The translations under genes were made by a program, and so were the position numbers. Below are positions 37,122 to 49,353 of a DNA stretch of 51,576 nt, piece by piece; position 1 is the stretch's first letter, and each line of letters opens with the position of its first letter. Below the pieces are notes generated by a model. It saw only the letters and a list, made by a program, of their open reading frames with translations, was not told the origin of the DNA and did not search any database. Origin of the DNA: Nemertoderma westbladi (taxonomy: Eukaryota > Animalia > Xenacoelomorpha); contig JAUCBJ010002662.1 in assembly GCA_032718475.1 (NCBI GenBank), positions 1 to 51,576 on the forward strand, written 5' to 3'.

Positions 37122-39549
37122 TGTTTCCAAAAGGTAGATATGGATAAATTTATATCCAAAATGGAAAGAATTGACCCCCCCATAGTTACAGAGGACAATT
37201 TAAATCAACAGGACATACAAAGAATCATAGATGAATGGTTTAATACTGTGGATGACACCGCAAGTGAATGCAGCCTACTGCTTGATGATAAGCGCATTAG
37301 AAACCAGGATCCAAATATTTCCCGTTGGATAAAACTTCTAACCTCCCATGATAGCAAAGAAATATGGAATGCTTTAGACTGGAACGGTTGTATAGATGAA
37401 GTTAATAAACCAGTGGGTGAACAACATGATAGTCCAAGCGACGATCAGTTCAAACATCATTTCGAAACACTCTTAAATCCAGATAATGAGTCGATTGGCA
37501 TGGACGAGGTGGATACATCAGATGGACCTTTCATTCCTTTATTAGACAACCCCTTCTCGGAAAGAGAGCTAGCGGAAAGTCTCGCGGATCTGAAACCTGG
37601 GAAAGGCTATATCGGCGTTAGTCCAGGTCTTATTACGCGTCTACCAGGATCCTGGTTGTTATTTATTCTCTCTATGTTTAACGCAATATTCTTAAATACG
37701 GTTTTTCCTGCAACATGGGCAATCAGCAAACTTATCGTATGCTTCAAATCTGGTACACGATCCGAGTGCGGTAACTACCGTGGATTAAGTATTATGTATA
37801 CACTTGCTAAGTTATTTGATATACTTTTATACAATCGTTTAAGGGTATGGGTTAATATAGATAAATGCCAAGCTGGAGCGCAAAAAAATAGAGGTTGTCT
37901 GGAACAGATAATGAGTCTACGCCTTTTGATAGACTTCGCTAAGTTTAAAAAGTGTAAATTGTTTATAATATTCATTGATTATAGCAAAGCCTATGATCGG
38001 GTACCGAGACAAAAATTAATAGCGGAACTCAAACTACTGGGATGCGGAGCTGTAATGTTATCAATAATAAAGGCCCTGTATTCTGGGACAAAATCAATAC
38101 TGAAATCAACAGTGATTTTTACAGCGATAGGAGTAAGGCAAGGTGCTCCGACTAGCGGACTGCTATTTTGCTTATATCTTAACAGACTAATTAGAATGTT
38201 AAAAGATGCAGTCCGACAAGATGGCTTTTTGGGGGGATTAGTGGCTCTCCTGTTTATGGATGATACAGTAATTCTTTCAACAACTCGAGATATAAGTGTA
38301 ATTAAATTAAAACGGTTGGCAAAATTTTGTAGAATTTCAGGGATGGTAGTAAATGAAAAGAAAAGTAAATTTTTTGTAATAAATGGGAATAACTCAGATA
38401 GATTACCGTTTCAGATGGATAATTTTACTATTCGTGCATGTGAATCTTATGTATATTTAGGGTCTATATTTTCAGCAGATGGTAGAATTTCTACAGTATT
38501 AAAGCTACATGAAATCAAATGCGAGCACATTGTAAATAAATTTACCATATTTTGTATGAGAAATTCCGAAATACCTTTTGCATTAAAGAGACGAGTTTTT
38601 GATGCTTGTGTAGTTAGCGCTCTTTTATATGGTTCTGAGTCATGGTTAAGTAATAATTTGAGAAATATTGAGAAACTATATAATAGACTAGTTAGGATAT
38701 TACTTTCTGTGCGTACACAAACCCCAATAGATATATGTTTAATAGAATCAGGTATCCCGCCATTGAAACACTGGATTTTAACAGCTCGTAAACGTTATGT
38801 GAAACAACTATTATTATTATGTGACAATGAATTACCCATAGTTAAGGTTTTTAATATGTGCAATATGAATAACACCCCTGGTTATAAATTACTAATGGAA
38901 TCCCTCGACTATAATAATAAGGACCCTCTAGATACTGTTAGGACGAGGATAATAAATAAGCCAATGACAGCGACTAAATTTAATACGTACAGAACTACAA
39001 TGAACCCCGACTTGAAACCACACCCCATTTACTCCTGTTTAAATCCGCTGATCCCCGACCACAACAGAAAACATTTCACTAAATTGCGTCTAATGTCCCA
39101 CAGACTTAAGGTTGAAACGGGTCGTTGGAGTCGCATCCCTCCTGAGCAACGTATCTGCTGCTGTAACACTAACCTAGTACAAGACGAGCCTCACGTACTA
39201 TTATTTTGTCACCTGACGGATGATATACGAATAGAATACGGACTAAAATATAATAGTTTGATAGACTTGTTTAAAGAAACGTACAGTGCACCGGTACTAC
39301 TATGTAAATTTATTGAAGCAGTATTAAAAGTTTTTTCGAATAATTAATTAATAAATTAGAAATAATAATATTAGTAAGTGTTATTTACTTTTATATTTAC
39401 TTAGTTTGTGCAAAAATATACTGAGTATATTAATATTGCTGTTTGTTGCGATCGTAATACATTACTATTACGCTATACTGTAGTGTGCAAAATATGATTT
39501 GGCGAAAATTAAAGGCTGAACGGGCCAGTAAACCGTTCACTACTACTAC
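37122..39549 (+). mobile_element. 5'-truncated non-LTR retrotransposon (LINE; RTEX/CR1-group-like)
   Basis: Absent from element B; flanked by TAGG (37118-37121, 39550-39553); 3' stem-loop TGAACGG…CCGTTCA followed by (TAC)n tail; no endonuclease domain left. Confidence 0.9.
37140..39347 (+). CDS. Non-LTR reverse transcriptase with C-terminal Cys/His motif (735 aa, uninterrupted, N-terminally truncated)
   Basis: GNYRGLSI, QAGAQKNRGC, FIDYSKAYDRV, GVRQGAPTSGLLF, LLFMDD, YVYLGS, and HRLKVETGRW…RICCCN…QDEPHVLLFC. Confidence 0.9.
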   Translation: MDKFISKMERIDPPIVTEDNLNQQDIQRIIDEWFNTVDDTASECSLLLDDKRIRNQDPNISRWIKLLTSHDSKEIWNALDWNGCIDEVNKPVGEQHDSPSDDQFKHHFETLLNPDNESIGMDEVDTSDGPFIPLLDNPFSERELAESLADLKPGKGYIGVSPGLITRLPGSWLLFILSMFNAIFLNTVFPATWAISKLIVCFKSGTRSECGNYRGLSIMYTLAKLFDILLYNRLRVWVNIDKCQAGAQKNRGCLEQIMSLRLLIDFAKFKKCKLFIIFIDYSKAYDRVPRQKLIAELKLLGCGAVMLSIIKALYSGTKSILKSTVIFTAIGVRQGAPTSGLLFCLYLNRLIRMLKDAVRQDGFLGGLVALLFMDDTVILSTTRDISVIKLKRLAKFCRISGMVVNEKKSKFFVINGNNSDRLPFQMDNFTIRACESYVYLGSIFSADGRISTVLKLHEIKCEHIVNKFTIFCMRNSEIPFALKRRVFDACVVSALLYGSESWLSNNLRNIEKLYNRLVRILLSVRTQTPIDICLIESGIPPLKHWILTARKRYVKQLLLLCDNELPIVKVFNMCNMNNTPGYKLLMESLDYNNKDPLDTVRTRIINKPMTATKFNTYRTTMNPDLKPHPIYSCLNPLIPDHNRKHFTKLRLMSHRLKVETGRWSRIPPEQRICCCNTNLVQDEPHVLLFCHLTDDIRIEYGLKYNSLIDLFKETYSAPVLLCKFIEAVLKVFSNN

Positions 39550-39553
39550 TAGG

Positions 39554-41456
39554 AGCCTTAGCATCTACTTTGCCCAAGGGTGGAGTAGGTACACGCTGGG
39601 ACAAGAAAGTGTTATATATGATGGAACAACAACGACGAGACCCTACCATGGCTGATCTCATGTCATTCTTAGATGGAGAAGTGAAATTACAGCTCCTAAG
39701 GCAGTCCAGAGAGAAGACACTAGGAAACAAGGTAAGTGAGAAACCCGTTTCTAGGAGAAGGGTAACACCAGTGTGTTATACAGACGACGGCGAAAGCCAG
39801 ACTTCTCAAGGAGAGGATAGCGGGAAAGACACTGAAAGATCTTATTATGTCAATAAAACGCCTAAAGACCAGGTAAGTAAATTCAAGTCTCGAACCAATG
39901 ACAGGAGAGAACAGGTAAGAAAAACTCCTCCTACGTCTCCCAAGAGAATTCAGGTGAGAAAGCCCGAGGAGAGAACGAACGTGCACCACACAGCACATGT
40001 TAAAGTAAGTAACATCAAGCCCAAATGTGTGCTGTGCGATGGGCCCCACTGTTTAAGTGCGTGTGATGAATTCCTGAGGAAATCACTAAAGGACAGACGT
40101 GAAGTCATGTGGGATAAGCGGTTGTGTTATAATTGCCTCAGACAAGGACACCAACGGCGAACCTGTTACTCCGACGTAAGGTGTGCAAAGTGCGGCGCAA
40201 AACATCATATCTTGTTGCACACGGAATTCGAACGAAACAGCCCGAGTCAGGTAAGTGAGTCCGAACTACATGTCCAATTCAGTGATGTGAACGACACTGA
40301 CCAATATTCTGAGATGGAAGGATTCTATACGGACGAATTCTCCGACGAAAACGAATCCTGTTACCTAACAAATACCGCAGTGTATCGAGCACTTACGTAT
40401 GAAAAAGACACCGACAGCGAGCCCCCCCTAACTACTTCTGACAGACAACCATCTTGGAAAGCACCACCTTCCAATGTAGGAATCCGAGAATTTCCTGTAG
40501 TACAGGTAAGGGTCCACGGACCTAAAAGGAGTTATGTAGTGAACGCCCTCCTTGACTCCGGTAGTACAGGAACATTCATCGACAAAGAACTAGCCGAAGA
40601 CATCTTTGCTGGACAACCCAAGTTCCGAACTAAGCTAAACATGTCAGGAATTATGCAGGTTTGGAAATCTACAGTAATCACAGATTATTATGTAGGTGCG
40701 TTGTCCACCCCCCAGGATGAACTAGGAGAACACAGCATAAGGTCAGTAAAAATGTTAGCGATAAAGAACTTCGCGACCAGCCAAGTGGAACCTTATAACT
40801 GGGATGAGGACGATTTCACCCAGCAGTTTGAAATACCTAGATTCAACACCGATTACCCTGGAGTCCAAATACTCATCGGTCAAAATGCGCATGAAGCGCT
40901 TGAGACATTGGAGAAACGGCCTGCTCAACCGCAACCTCTACAAGTTTATGCGGGAAGAACTAGAGTAGGTTGGTACTTTACTGGCCCTTCTCGTAGAACT
41001 CTTATGGAAAGATTACCAAAAGAACTGGTATATCAATTAAGTGAACGGGAAGTGGAGAGCAGTGAAGTTGACGACCCAACTGAGGGAACACCATACTCCT
41101 CAGATAATGACGACATCAACTCCAATGTAGATCAATGGAGACATTGCCCCGAGACGATCAATCTAGCCGACATCGCCTCCAGAGGAGCAACTCCTCAAGA
41201 ACTTACAGATACTCCAGACTGGTTAGGTGAACCCGACTTCCTAAGTAAAGAAGATGAACGGCCTCCCCATCTTAACCCGGCGAAGATTAGACAGGCCAAG
41301 GGAGCGGAGAAAGTAACACAACCACTCAATCGCCCAGCTGGTCATTTATGTTTACTGGAAAGAGACCGAAAACTGTCCGGAAACTATGGAAGGCAAGATA
41401 CTCTTCCCACGACCACCTCCCTAATCCAACAAATATCTAGGGACTCCATAACGTAA
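39554..41456 (+). pseudogene. gag: Element C gag-protease, 3' part, with RNase H C-terminal remnant
   Basis: Resumes ALASTLPKGGVG; knuckles, ALLDSGS, QWRHCPETINLADIASRG; removing the LINE restores one open frame 35311-41456. Confidence 0.9.
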
Positions 41457-44400
41457 CAACATACGGAGTGGGTGTGTGACTACATTATTTTATATTTATT
41501 TTATTATTTTATATTATGTATGTATTATTATGTAATTTTATTATAATCGTTTTCTTTAATTTTATTTAGTAGAATGTTATTTAGTGATTATTTAGTAGAT
41601 TAGTGCAATATATTAGTGTTTATTACTTAATTACTTATATATTATATTTAGTGCGACGGCGAGAAATAATTCTTTTTCTCTTTCCTTACTGTTCGTATCA
41701 TATTATAAATACGTGACTACAGTAAGATGAAATATCCGTACTTATTAAAGTACAATAAAGCTCCTACTATATTTAAGTATTATTGGTAAGCAGAGTATTA
41801 GGAATGCAAAGTTCAGATCCTTGTGTCTCGGCTAAACCAAGCTCTGGGTAGACCTTGGAAACGACTTGCCTCTTCACACTGACATTGCTTCATGCGATAT
41901 TGCTCTCATACCGTATATATCAAATAATACATATAGTAGCGTGATGTCCCTTTAACAGTAGCGTACAACGCAAATAAATCTGTTAAACCCTTTGACCATC
42001 TGTAATTCTAGTCGATTAAGATATCGCGGCACCCACCGATATACTTGAAAGACTAAATTCTAGAATCAGTGGTTAACGTCCCCAGACAAGTTCTGGAATA
42101 AACTGGTGCCCATCCTAAATATTAATTATTAATATTTACAAAATCTGTCAATTATCAGATCCTTTAAAATTCTAGTCGATTAAGATATCGTAGCACTTAC
42201 CGATACTCTTTAAAAGACAAAATTCCTAGAATCAAGGATCCCAGTCCCCAGACACGTTCTGGAATAAAATTACGTCTATTTAACATTAAATAATAAAATT
42301 TACGGGAATAAATTTAAATTCATATATTTCAATGAATTTAATAAATTTTCATTTTATACAATTTATAACATTCCCAAAATTCCATTAATTAATAGATCAT
42401 GGGAGCGGAGATTCACTCTATTAAGTGTATTTGTGTGTGAGAATCTCCAATGTATAGTCAATAGCCGATAAAATTCATAAAATCATATATAGAGAGGATA
42501 TTGACAATTAAAGAATTACTATTAAATAGCATCCCAGATCTGTATGCATGAGAATTATCCTAATTCTACCGCTAGCTTTCCATAATGTCACCATGGCAAC
42601 AACCACGCTAGAATTAGAAGTGAGTTAAAAGAACAATAGAAGGCTTGCCCCATTGAATAGCATACGGAATAAATAGCACACCGCTAGTATCCAAGGATAC
42701 ATAATAACACCGTGACATTCTGGAAAGCACTTGACTAACGGACAAATGACCCGAATGTGTGATAGAATGTGTACCATTTGTGACAGTTACGTGGAATTTG
42801 TGCGATTGTAGGTGAATGTTACTACTAAGGTGTGTTTACAGTAGCGAGTCGCAATTGTGAAAGTAACCCTAACTCCAGTAAGAACCTGAAGTATATCTAA
42901 ACCTTTGGGACGGACGGTGGAGTGGCTCGTGCTGGTTGTTGTAGTCGTTGTGCAGCTACGACGTTGGCGATAGGCACATCGGCGTAAGTACACCAGCGCT
43001 GAGGATCTCGCACTGTCCGGGGGCAGAGAGGGGTAGGCAGCGACGCATGCTCGCCTAAATATAAACTCATTATAATATGGATAAACTTATATAGCAGATA
43101 TGATTGAGTTGATAGAAGATGATCTTGGTATCAGGGAGCGATATACTCTACCTTTACAAGCGTTTGTTGATAGCTTGATACGCGGCGACGCTGGTCCAAC
43201 TACTACGGAGGACGATGGTCGTTATATCTAACCGCCAATGGCCCGGGAACAACTTGCGCGTGGGTTGGACTGCAGAAAATTTACCGCTCGCTATACTCAT
43301 CGTAATGGTACGTATATGGACTTCTTAACTACTGGTCATCCTATCGACCTACAAGATACGAACGATATAGACACCAAAAGGGAAATGGTTTATTTAAATA
43401 TCATACCCAGCGGAAGCGGAACGATAAACTGAGACTCGAACACGAAAATTCTATTCGAAACTGACTCGAAAGTGCAGATGTTGAAGAGCCGGATAAACGC
43501 AGCGACTTCACCAAATACCTGGAATTCTTGAGAGAAACCTATCTCGATATTACCAGTCAACAGAATCTAGAAACTCGATATCCTCAAGGTATACATCATG
43601 ACCGCATGGTAGAACTCAAATGGCTCTATTCCACTATGATGTATCTTACCGCCGATCGACCGCTACCTGTTGTACCGGATAGCTTCGAACGGATGGAGGA
43701 ATATTGTAAGCTGGAGAAAGATCACTCGAGTTTCCCCTACAAGACGTGCATTTTTGGTATTATTGCGAGGAATGCCCAAGACCCAACCAACAAACGGAAA
43801 GACATAAACATCCGCGGAGACGTTGCTTTTAACACGGTTTTACTCGCTATACTTGCGGGAGTTTCGAGCGAAACTTGTTCGATGTATCACCTACGCTCGT
43901 CCGACTCAGACGATCCTTAAATAAACCAATGATCAGAGTTTCGGAATACTCGATCAGAACTCCTCATTCCCCAGTGAGACTTCAGACTCTTGATTTGATC
44001 CTATTAGTATGACGGATCCTCCCGAGCTGTACTCACTGCTCAAAGATCTAGTGTTACCTGAACAATTAGTCGGTGGCACCCCAGTTGTGGGCTTCCTAGA
44101 TACTAGCCCATTCTACCTAGCCGGATTGGGACGCGGACATTTAATATCGCCGTTTAACCCTTACCATCGTCCCGTCCCGGCTTAACACGATATAACCTGT
44201 CACCAAAGTGGCGGAGAACGTTGTACCAAACGAGTTAAACGCTATTCTACAAAGATCAGAAAGGAAACCTGCGTTTGTTCAGATAAACGTAAGTTGTAAC
44301 AGCAAGTCCAAGCGATAAACGAATTGTCTTTATCTCAGTTCGATTGTAAAATCCAGAATCTCTAAGAAGATATCGAACTTAGGCAACCCCATTCTCTGCG

Positions 44401-44709
44401 AGAGTTTTTGGATGAACGTATCCAGCTACGAGCGGAGGAAAATCAGCTCGAGGAGAAGCATATCGAAACGGCGGATACCCCGACCATAATCCTACACCTT
44501 CTGATGCAATCATATTGCACCCTTCACCCAGGATTTATAGCCCTCCTAGTAAAGTGGCTCGCCCCAAAGAGAAAAGGACTCTTGCTAGCCTCAAAAAACT
44601 GCGTAAACGCTGTCTGCGTAAGAAAGACTAACTGTTTAGAGTATCTTTATATTTTAGAAACTGTGATTTGTTATATTTTATAGACTTAAATCCCATTTTC
44701 TGGGAGCGG

Positions 44710-45870
44710 TGTAAAAGCTTTTGCGTAATTAGCCGGTTATTATCCCCGTAAAGTACTCTGTGGTTGGTTTACCAGGCATAAAAAGGCCGTGTCCTTGCTG
44801 TACTGGTGTTTTAGAGGAAATAAAAGCCATTTCTTCTGTATTTGTACTTTAGAGGACATAATCCGCAATTTCGTGACGCAAAAAGCTCGATACTCTTGAA
44901 AACAGTGTCGCTACCATGACGACGGCTAACAGCTGATATTGCCACGTCGACATTTCTTTGTTTCTTTGTTCTCTCGTTGTTCGGTCGACCAATCAGAGCG
45001 TTTTTTGTCTCTGTGTTGGAGGTGGATACAGAAACTCAGGAATTCAGTGTTATGTTTTTGCCCAGAGCCTAAGAACACCGGCTTTTGGCACCTCCGTGTT
45101 TCAGTCTTTAGTCTTACATTAGTAGGCTTAATTATAGAACGTATATCTGTTATCAATGCAATTCATATCTCAACTAACTAAACATATCATGCATATCTTA
45201 CTTAACATTACTGCTTTTGCTGTCGGTTATTCATTATATTTGTTGATGGAAGATTATATTTGGAATACTGATCAATAGTCAGACACCCCAATCTTCTTGA
45301 TATACTAAAGGTTAGAGAGACCGGTTACAGATAAACGATTGCGACTTATGTTAAGTGGCGTGAAGTGAATCTAATGCTATTTTATAGGCCCTACATGCAT
45401 TGTCTGTTATTCTCTTTGTATGTGACTAAAATTAGTGAAGGTCGGCAGATTGGTGTGCAGCATTGTGCAGCATTGTGTATGATTGTGACTGATAACAAAG
45501 CATCTCCTAAAGAATGCACCATATACGTGAATCTATAGCCATCTCATTGCGTCTAGTTTAAGTCATAACTCTGTTTACATATTTAGAGCGCCACGTCCTA
45601 AAGGAACTGTTAATATTTCCCGAAAGTGAATAATATTTGTCAGAGATTATATATTACGATCAGTCGAATAATACGGTAGGCTTACACCATCAATCATTAA
45701 GCTTCCGAATTCAGTCTCCCGGGTATATCCAGCGGGTGAATGATTGCGCATAGACTGGCTTCGGCTAATGTAGTGTATCAAATACTCGTCATAGGCTAAA
45801 GACTATATATCATCTAAAAGACATCCTAATTTGGCAGGTTAAACTGTCAAAGGTCTTAAAAGCGCAAACA
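44710..45870 (+). repeat. Element C 3' LTR
   Basis: Preceded by GGGAGCGG (44702-44709), followed by TSD GGGTG. Confidence 0.95.
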
Positions 45871-48043
45871 GGGTGAGTGCGCCCGAGGGGAATGTCCCCC
45901 CTCACTACGCCTCTGTGTGAGTGTGCCCAAGGGTAACGTGCCCCCCCTCGCTATGCCCCGGGTGAGTGCGGCCGAGGGTAACGTGCCCCTGCCCCCTCAC
46001 TATGCCTCTAGGTGAGTGTGTCCAAGGGGAACGTGCCTCCCCTCGCTAAGCCTCAGGGTGAGTCCGGCCGAGGGGAACGTGCCCCTGTCCCCTCGCTAAG
46101 ACTCTAGGTAAGTGCGGCTGAGGGTAACGTGCCCCACCCTTGCTACGCCTCTAGGTGAGTGTGGCCGTAGGTAACGTACCTCGCCTCGCTACGCCTCTGG
46201 GTGAGTGCGGCCGAGGGTAACGTGCCCCTGCCCCCTCGCTATGCCTTTAGGTGAGTGCGGCCGAGGGTAAAGTGCCCCACCCTCGCTATGCCTCTAGGTG
46301 AGTGCGGCCAAGGGGCATGTGCCCCCCTTGCTATGCTTCTGGGTGAGTGCGGCTGAGGGGAACATGCCCCTGCCCCCTCGCTAGGCATCTGGCTGAGTGT
46401 GCCCGAGGGAAAAGTGCCCCCCTCGCTACGCCTCTGGGTGAGTGCAGCCGAGGGGGAATGTACCTCCCCTCGCTATTCCTCTGGGTGAGTGTGGACGAGG
46501 GGAATGTGCCCCCTCGCTATGCCTCTAGGTGAGTGCAGCTGAGGGGAACATGCCCCTGCCCCCTCGCTACGCCTCTACGTGAGTGCGGCCTAGGGTAACG
46601 TGCTCCTGCCCCCTCGCTACGCCTCTGAGTGAGTGTGGCCGAGGGGGACATGCCTCCCCTCACTACACCTTAGGGTGAGTGTGGCCAAGGGTAAAGTGCC
46701 CCTGCCCCATCGCTACTCCTCTAGGTGTGTGCAGCTGAGGGGAACGTGCCTCCCCTCGCTACACCTCAGGGTGAGTGCGGCCGAGGGTAACATGCCCCTG
46801 CCTCCTCGCTAAGCCTCTAAGTGAGTGTGGCAGAGGGTAATGTGCCCCACCCTCAATAAGCCTCTAGGTGAGTGCAGCCGAGGGGAACAAGCCCCTGCCC
46901 CCTCGCTACGCCTCTAGGTGAGTGCAGCCTAGGGTAACGTGCCCCTGCCCCCTCGCTACGCCTCTGAGTGAGTGTGGCCGAGGGGAACGTGCCTCCCCTC
47001 ACTTCACCTTAGGGTGAGTGTGGCCAAGGGTAAAGTGCCCCTGCCCCATTGCTACTCCTCTAGGTGTGTGCGGCTGAGGGGAACGTGCCTCCCCTCGCTA
47101 CTCCTCTGGGTGAGTGTGGCTGAGGGGAACATGCCCCACCCTCGCTACGCCTCTGGGTGAGCGCAGCCGAGAGGAATGTGCCCCCTTGCTATGCCTCTGG
47201 GTGAGTGTGGCCGAGGGGAACGTGCCCCCTTTCGCTAGGCCTCTGGGAGAGTGCGGCCGAGGGGAATATCCCCCCTCGCTACTCCTCTGGGTGAGTGTGC
47301 CCCCATCGCTACACTCTGGGTGAGTGCGGCCGAGGGGAATGTGCCCCCCTCGCTACACCTCTGGGTGAGTATGGCCGAGGGAAACGTTACCCTGCCCCCT
47401 CACTACGCCTCTAGGTGAGTGTGGCCGAGGGGAATATCCCCCCTCGCTATGCCTCTGGGTGAGTGTGCCCGAGGGGAACGTCCACCCATCGCTACGCCTC
47501 TGGGTGAGTGTGGCTGAGGGGAACGCGCCTCCCTCGCTATGCCTCAGGGTGAGTGCAGCCAAGGGTAACGTGCCTCACCCTTGCTACACCTCTAGGTAAG
47601 TGCAGCCGAGGGTAATGTGCCCCACCCTCGCTACGCTTCTGGATGAGTGCGGCTGAGGGGAACGTGCCCCTACCTCCTCGCTACGCCTCTGGGTGAGTGT
47701 GCCCGAGGGGAAAGTGCTCCCCCTCACTAGGCCTCTGGGTGAGTGCGGCCGAGGGGAATGTGCCCCACCCTCGCTACGCCTCTGAGTGAGTGCAGCTTAG
47801 GGGAACGTGCCCCCCTCGCTACGCCTCTGGGTAAGTGCGGCCGAGAGGAATGTGCCCCACCCGCGCTAGGCCTCTGGGTGAGTGCGGCCAAGGGGAACAT
47901 GCCCCCCTCACTACGTCTCTGGGTGAGTGCGCCCAAGGGCGTTCCCCTTGGGTGAGTACGCCCGATGGGAATGTGCCCCCCCTCGCTACACCTCTGAGTG
48001 AGTGCAGCCAAGGGGAACGTGCTCCACCCTCGCTATGCGTCAG
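45871..48043 (+). repeat. GC-rich ~46-52-bp satellite, right part
   Basis: Same unit as 30078-31083, resuming exactly at the TSD of element C; units more variable. Confidence 0.95.
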
Positions 48044-48914
48044 ATACTTGCAATCCAAGTTATAATTAATTTTGTTGATTATCCCTTATGACCCCTAAAT
48101 GAATAATAAATGTATATCCTCTAATGAGTTTTGTAATAAATAGTTATTTATTATATTTTGTTTTATCAATAATTCTCGCTTTTTGTTTATACGTTGCTAG
48201 GGAAACAAACCAGTATTATATCCGTATAATCCTGATTTTGGGTTTACTGTGGAAGATCACCCATCATGTTGTGACCTACTCATTGTAATTATATCTTTTG
48301 TCCTAACCCAACCATATAACCCGCCCCACATCATTTATCTTGTTATTATGCATTGTCCTAACTATAGTTATATATAGATAGGCGGCCCATAGATTCTATG
48401 TTATCTTTTATAAGTGGCTATATTATTATTATATGGATAGAGAGGTATGCCTTAGTATAGTTATACAATGCCCACAGTAATTATCAGCAGCTTTTTAGTA
48501 AACCTTCCCTATTGGCCAACAATCCCATATTACTCAACCAGTGTTTCTCCTTGTGTATTAGGTGTATATCTCTGATTGGCTCACATGCAATGTTTGTTAA
48601 TCTCATATGTACTTTCCAGTGGGATTATATTGCCTTTTTACAATTATTATTATTATTAACGTTACCATATACATTAACATAGTGCATTAATATTTATCTT
48701 GTTATTTTAGTGCTATTTAGAAATGTTATTGAGATTATATTGACAATTATTATTATTATATTTCATTTATATTTTATACATGTTCTTTTCGCTAAGGTTA
48801 GATGCTTACATACATATGACAAGTGACACATCTCAAATGTCCATCCTGTTTCGTTTATTGATTTAGTTTACAAACATATCAACGACCGAGTTGTGCGTTG
48901 ATATTTTTAATACA

Positions 48915-49353
48915 TTAAATAACTCTGGAAGCCCTGTGATTTCTGAGTTGTAACACTGTGTACAAGTTGGGAATAGTAACCCCAATTGTCTCACACTTTC
49001 TAAAGTCACTGGCACTGTCTCCTCAAAAATTACAAGTATTTAACTGTTTCTGTAGGTAGTAACATGAAAAAACGCCGCTTAGAGCCTAAAAACACACTCC
49101 CACCTATTATAATCGAATGTAGTTAAATAACTCTGGAAGCCCTGTGTTTTCTGAGTTGTAACACTGTGTACAAGTTGGGAATAGTAACCCCAATTGTCTC
49201 ACACTTTCTCAAGTCACTGGCACTGTTTCCTCGAAAGTTACAAGTATTTAACTGTTTCTGTAGGTAGTAACATGAAAAAACGTCGCTTATAGCCTAAAAA
49301 CACACTTCCACCTATTATAATCATATGTAGTTAAATAACTCTGGAAGCCCTGT
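48915..49353. repeat. 208-bp tandem repeat (~2.1 copies)
   Basis: ttaaataactctggaagccctgt starts at 48915, 49123 and 49331. Confidence 0.9.

Larger units (their letters stand above)
31084..45870 (+). mobile_element. Element C: second member of the non-autonomous BEL/Pao family (gag-PR only), with nested MITE and LINE
   Basis: 1161-bp LTRs at 31084-32244 and 44710-45870 (4 substitutions seen), TSD GGGTG (31079-31083, 45871-45875), collinear with the reverse complement of element B over its whole length. Confidence 0.95.
29635..48043. mobile_element. hAT-like MITE whose right terminus is amplified into a satellite; hosts element C and two RTE fragments
   Basis: Left end CAGAGGCGTAGCAAG (29635-29649) is the reverse complement of the satellite unit end CT(T/C)GCTACGCCTCTG; internal gcgagccaagcgagc motif; outer 8-mers AAACCTAC / ATACTTGC match only 5/8. 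Confidence 0.5.

Noticed and set aside
1559-45870. B and C as arms of one giant inverted duplication
   Set aside because: Each has its own TSD and LTR pair and they are far more diverged from each other than their LTR pairs; independent insertions.
46347-48065. ORFs in the GC-rich array
   Set aside because: Translations of satellite units.
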